Notes under the pieces: generated by a model
What the model was told of the DNA's origin: nothing
The model's input: the letters and a program-made list of their open reading frames with translations, nothing else
Database searches by the model: none
Program-made: the position numbers and the translations under genes
Shown: piece after piece, positions 60,808 to 64,000 of the stretch
How the letters are laid out: each line of letters starts with the position of its first letter
Position numbering within the stretch: the first letter of the stretch is position 1
Source: Trichosphaerium sp. ATCC 40318
Taxonomy: Eukaryota; Protista; Tubulinea
NCBI GenBank assembly: GCA_038496445.1
Contig: JALMLS010000328.1
Coordinates: 62,001 to 126,000 of the forward strand
DNA length: 64,000 nt
Reading direction: 5' to 3'

Positions 60808-62785
60808 CTATTTTTTAGATTCACTCTTTTTAGACCGTTTCTTGGCCCCTAACTTTTTTAAGAGATGACGCATCCATCTAGCAACATCCAGATCCTCGGT
60901 TTCGTATTTTTTTATAAAGCTACTCTCCTACAAAAGGCATTAAGCCGAAGATAGATTCCTTAAAGAAAAAGGAGAAGATTATCAAAACTCTTGTAGTAAT
61001 GTTTGTTTTAACTAATATACTAACGTACCAACAACGTCGCACAATCAGGTCGCTTCTCATCCTCAGCGTTTAAGCTAAGGTATTAGTTAAACACATTGTA
61101 CAACAGAATAAAATAAAATACAATAAAATTACAATAAAATAATCAAAGCATCTCCGTCAAAGGTTCAAGTATTTAGTGCTTGATAACGTACCACTCAACA
61201 AAGAATGCACAAAATTCCTCGGAAAATTTATCCGCTGGTAAAGTTGGTGGTGGTTTGTGTACAATCTGTTGATAACAAAAAGTTAGAAAAAAATGAACTG
61301 CACAAAAAAAAATTTCCGCCGTACTGTTTGCATTGTATCCCATAACGTTGGTTCATTATCCTTCTCATCACCCTTTAATATAAAATCAGAATTAAATCTG
61401 TAAAGTTCATTTAAACACGTGATTGCTCTTTTCAAAAAAAAGATTGCAATAAGTGAGAAACACACCTCAGAATTCCTGTATGGGAAATATCCAAGCGCTG
61501 CCTCTCCAATTGTAAGTCCGAGACTCCATATGTCAGTTTTTGAACTGTGTTCTTTGCCTTGGATTCTGCTAGGCTATGCAAAGTAAGAAACCAACATCAC
61601 AAAGGTTTAGTTGTTGATAGTAGAAAAACCCAAATGATCATAACCTAAGTCTACTTAATCACGCACCGACATGTATCGTATTGTGCCCACAAATGTTCTA
61701 GCTACCTCCTAAATTATATGAGACACTTAGAGCATATTTCAGAGTAGTGATGACGCCAAAATTGTTCAATGAAATAAAACAGTTTCAGTTCTCAAAAAAA
61801 AAAAAAAGTGCGTACGTGAGTATGCGCTAGTTCGCCACTAACACCGAAATCAGTAATCTTCAAAATTCCCTTAGTGTTTACCAATATATCTCGATATGTT
61901 AAGGATCCATTAAAAGTAGCTCAAGGCCACAAAAAAAAAGAAAAGAGAAGAAACAATTTTGCACAAAAAAAAAGGATACTGCTCGGTTTAATATCCCTGT
62001 GAATGATATGCAGCTGTGTGTGAAGATAATGTAACCCTTGTAGAAGCTAATAGACATTAAATCAAGTCCAAGGCGGGGTTTTTGACAAAACTGCTGTCCG
62101 TTGTTTTTTCTAATTTTCTACGATCGGCTGTGCCATCGTAGCTGGTTTTCCCTCGAAATATCTGTATTTTACCTGCGACGTGATTTTTGACAATACATTT
62201 TCTGGAATGGGCCCATTGCGTTTTACCACGTCCCCCAAGGTACCACAGTCCATATATTCAAGAAGAAATAACAGTTTGGCATCATAGTAGAAAGCACCAT
62301 AAAACTTTACAATATACTTGTGTTTTGAAGCGTGAAGCGTCTATGAGTATGTGAGTAGGGTTTTTTTCAGGCGTGATAAACCGTACACGAAGTTCGACAA
62401 GTTTTTTCCCAAGCGTTTGTTCTAGCATAGGATCTATTGTCATAATCTATTAAGATCACATTAGCTACTTGGTTATGTTTCGGATGTTCTTGCCTTTACA
62501 GCAATGACTTTTTTCGTTTTCGTATGCCTGTATTTTTTAACGACCGCAAAGGTACCTTCTCCAAGATCTTTATGCATATCTTCTAGGTCTTCGAGTGATT
62601 CCACAAACGACGCTTGTTTACCGTTCACGCGGAGCCCTGTTTTACCAATGGACACCATTGTACCATCCTGGTCATATGTCAAAGAACCATCAGCGCTACT
62701 ATAGGCCGTTTAGAGAGTGTTGGGCGAGATCACGCACTGGAATTGATCAATGGCAACAGCGGCACTCTCAGTATCTAAAGACCCT
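60808..62785 (-). CDS. MAP kinase kinase (STE7/MEK1-like)
   Basis: [59 protein letters not shown]. The 5' exon was not defined. Confidence 0.93.
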
Positions 62786-64000
62786 TTAAAGCGAGCGAAA
62801 CGCTGCATTTAGCTATCAATTACAAAAGCGTTTGCTTTTGTTTCAGCGAAGTCACACTTTTTCTAACAATCAACGCCATTATTAATAATAAAGTGCGACA
62901 AGCTTGATACTATGAATTGTCAGTGGTTTTGGTGCGAGTGACAAAATTTTGCATTGTAGAAACTTACAAAGTACGATCTATAGGCACGGAGATAAAGCGT
63001 GGGTGAAGTATGATAAAGTGGTACGCGTTAGAGGAAAACAAGTTCAAGTGTGCTTCTAGAGCCATTATTTTCGACAGTGGTATCACATAAGTTGGTTGTT
63101 GAGCGTCAAATGCACTACAGAAAAAAGCGCCAAAACGGCCGTTTTTTTCAACTTGTTTTCGCTTCCGCTAGGCTGTGCGCTTCTAATACCCTATATGTAG
63201 GTCAACTACCGAATTGAGCAAGCTTACATCGCTAAAAAAAAGAAGTTAAACACAGATAGGTAAAATCGCGTTTATTCTATGCCAATACTTACAACATGTA
63301 CCAGTGAGCGCTATGTGGACTTTGTCGAAATGCTACAAAGACGTCAAGGTGCGCTTTTTGCTGTTTTTAAATAACTTTTTTGTCTTTTACATTTTTTTAA
63401 TTTTGTAGCCTTTACAGTCCTTAAATGTAACTCACATAACGTTATAAAATACATAAATATTCTTATATTATACTAGATGATCCAATGAAGCGCCGTGGTG
63501 TACGACAAAAAACTCTAATTGAATTTCATTTCAAAGTAATAATTTTTCAAAACAGCTTAAACGCGAGGATGTCGCTGCTCCTCCTCTCCATTCATGCACT
63601 TTTCTTATATATGGAAAAACTGAGCATTCAGATACTATTGTGCAAGACATCACAAATGCTGGCGGTATTGTAACGCCATTCTTGACCAAGCAGGTGCGAA
63701 ATCTTTAAGTGACACGTTCATCTCATTTTGCTTTTTGACACTTTCGAAACCATCAAAATTCTTATTGATACTTTATGTTAGGTTACATTTGCTGTATGCA
63801 GCGCAGAGGAGGTACATTATAGTGTTAAATAACAGTAGTATACACTAAGGACAACTTAACTTTGATTGTTTCCTGTGATCACTCCAACACCTTTACTAGC
63901 CTTTAATGATTCTGTGCATATAGGTGGAGAAGTATTCTTGGCATGTAGAGCGCGCTGAAGCTATGGGTGTACAAATAATAGCAGAAGATTGTGTATACGA

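Overview
Eukaryotic nuclear DNA, AT-rich (roughly 35% GC by eye) with short GT-AG introns; probably an amoebozoan-type protist, inferred from a Shk-like kinase-SH2 gene and a MEK1-type MAP2K. Two CpG-rich blocks (~21-30 kb and ~57-63 kb) hold conserved intron-rich genes: tRNA-Trp, a GT64 glycosyltransferase, a PAXX-like gene, an ARM-kinase-SH2 gene and a MAP2K. The rest is a duplicated accessory mosaic: about 8 intronless F-box/LRR genes or relics, F-box/MORN genes, paired EGF-multi-TM receptors, mucins, an arylsulfatase, an F-box-GON gene, a gene with a phage-like C-terminal domain and non-LTR retrotransposon pieces. The top finding is a circularly permuted tRNA-Lys(UUU) at 2918-2994 (- strand): the 3' half lies upstream of the 5' half, separated by 4 nt, with a junction at position 41/42. 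Also notable are a duplicated structured-RNA candidate whose copy differences retain G-U pairing and about 10-fold enrichment of CACGTG, concentrated in the accessory regions. All calls are by-eye motif recognition; no searches were run, and exon boundaries are approximate unless stated.
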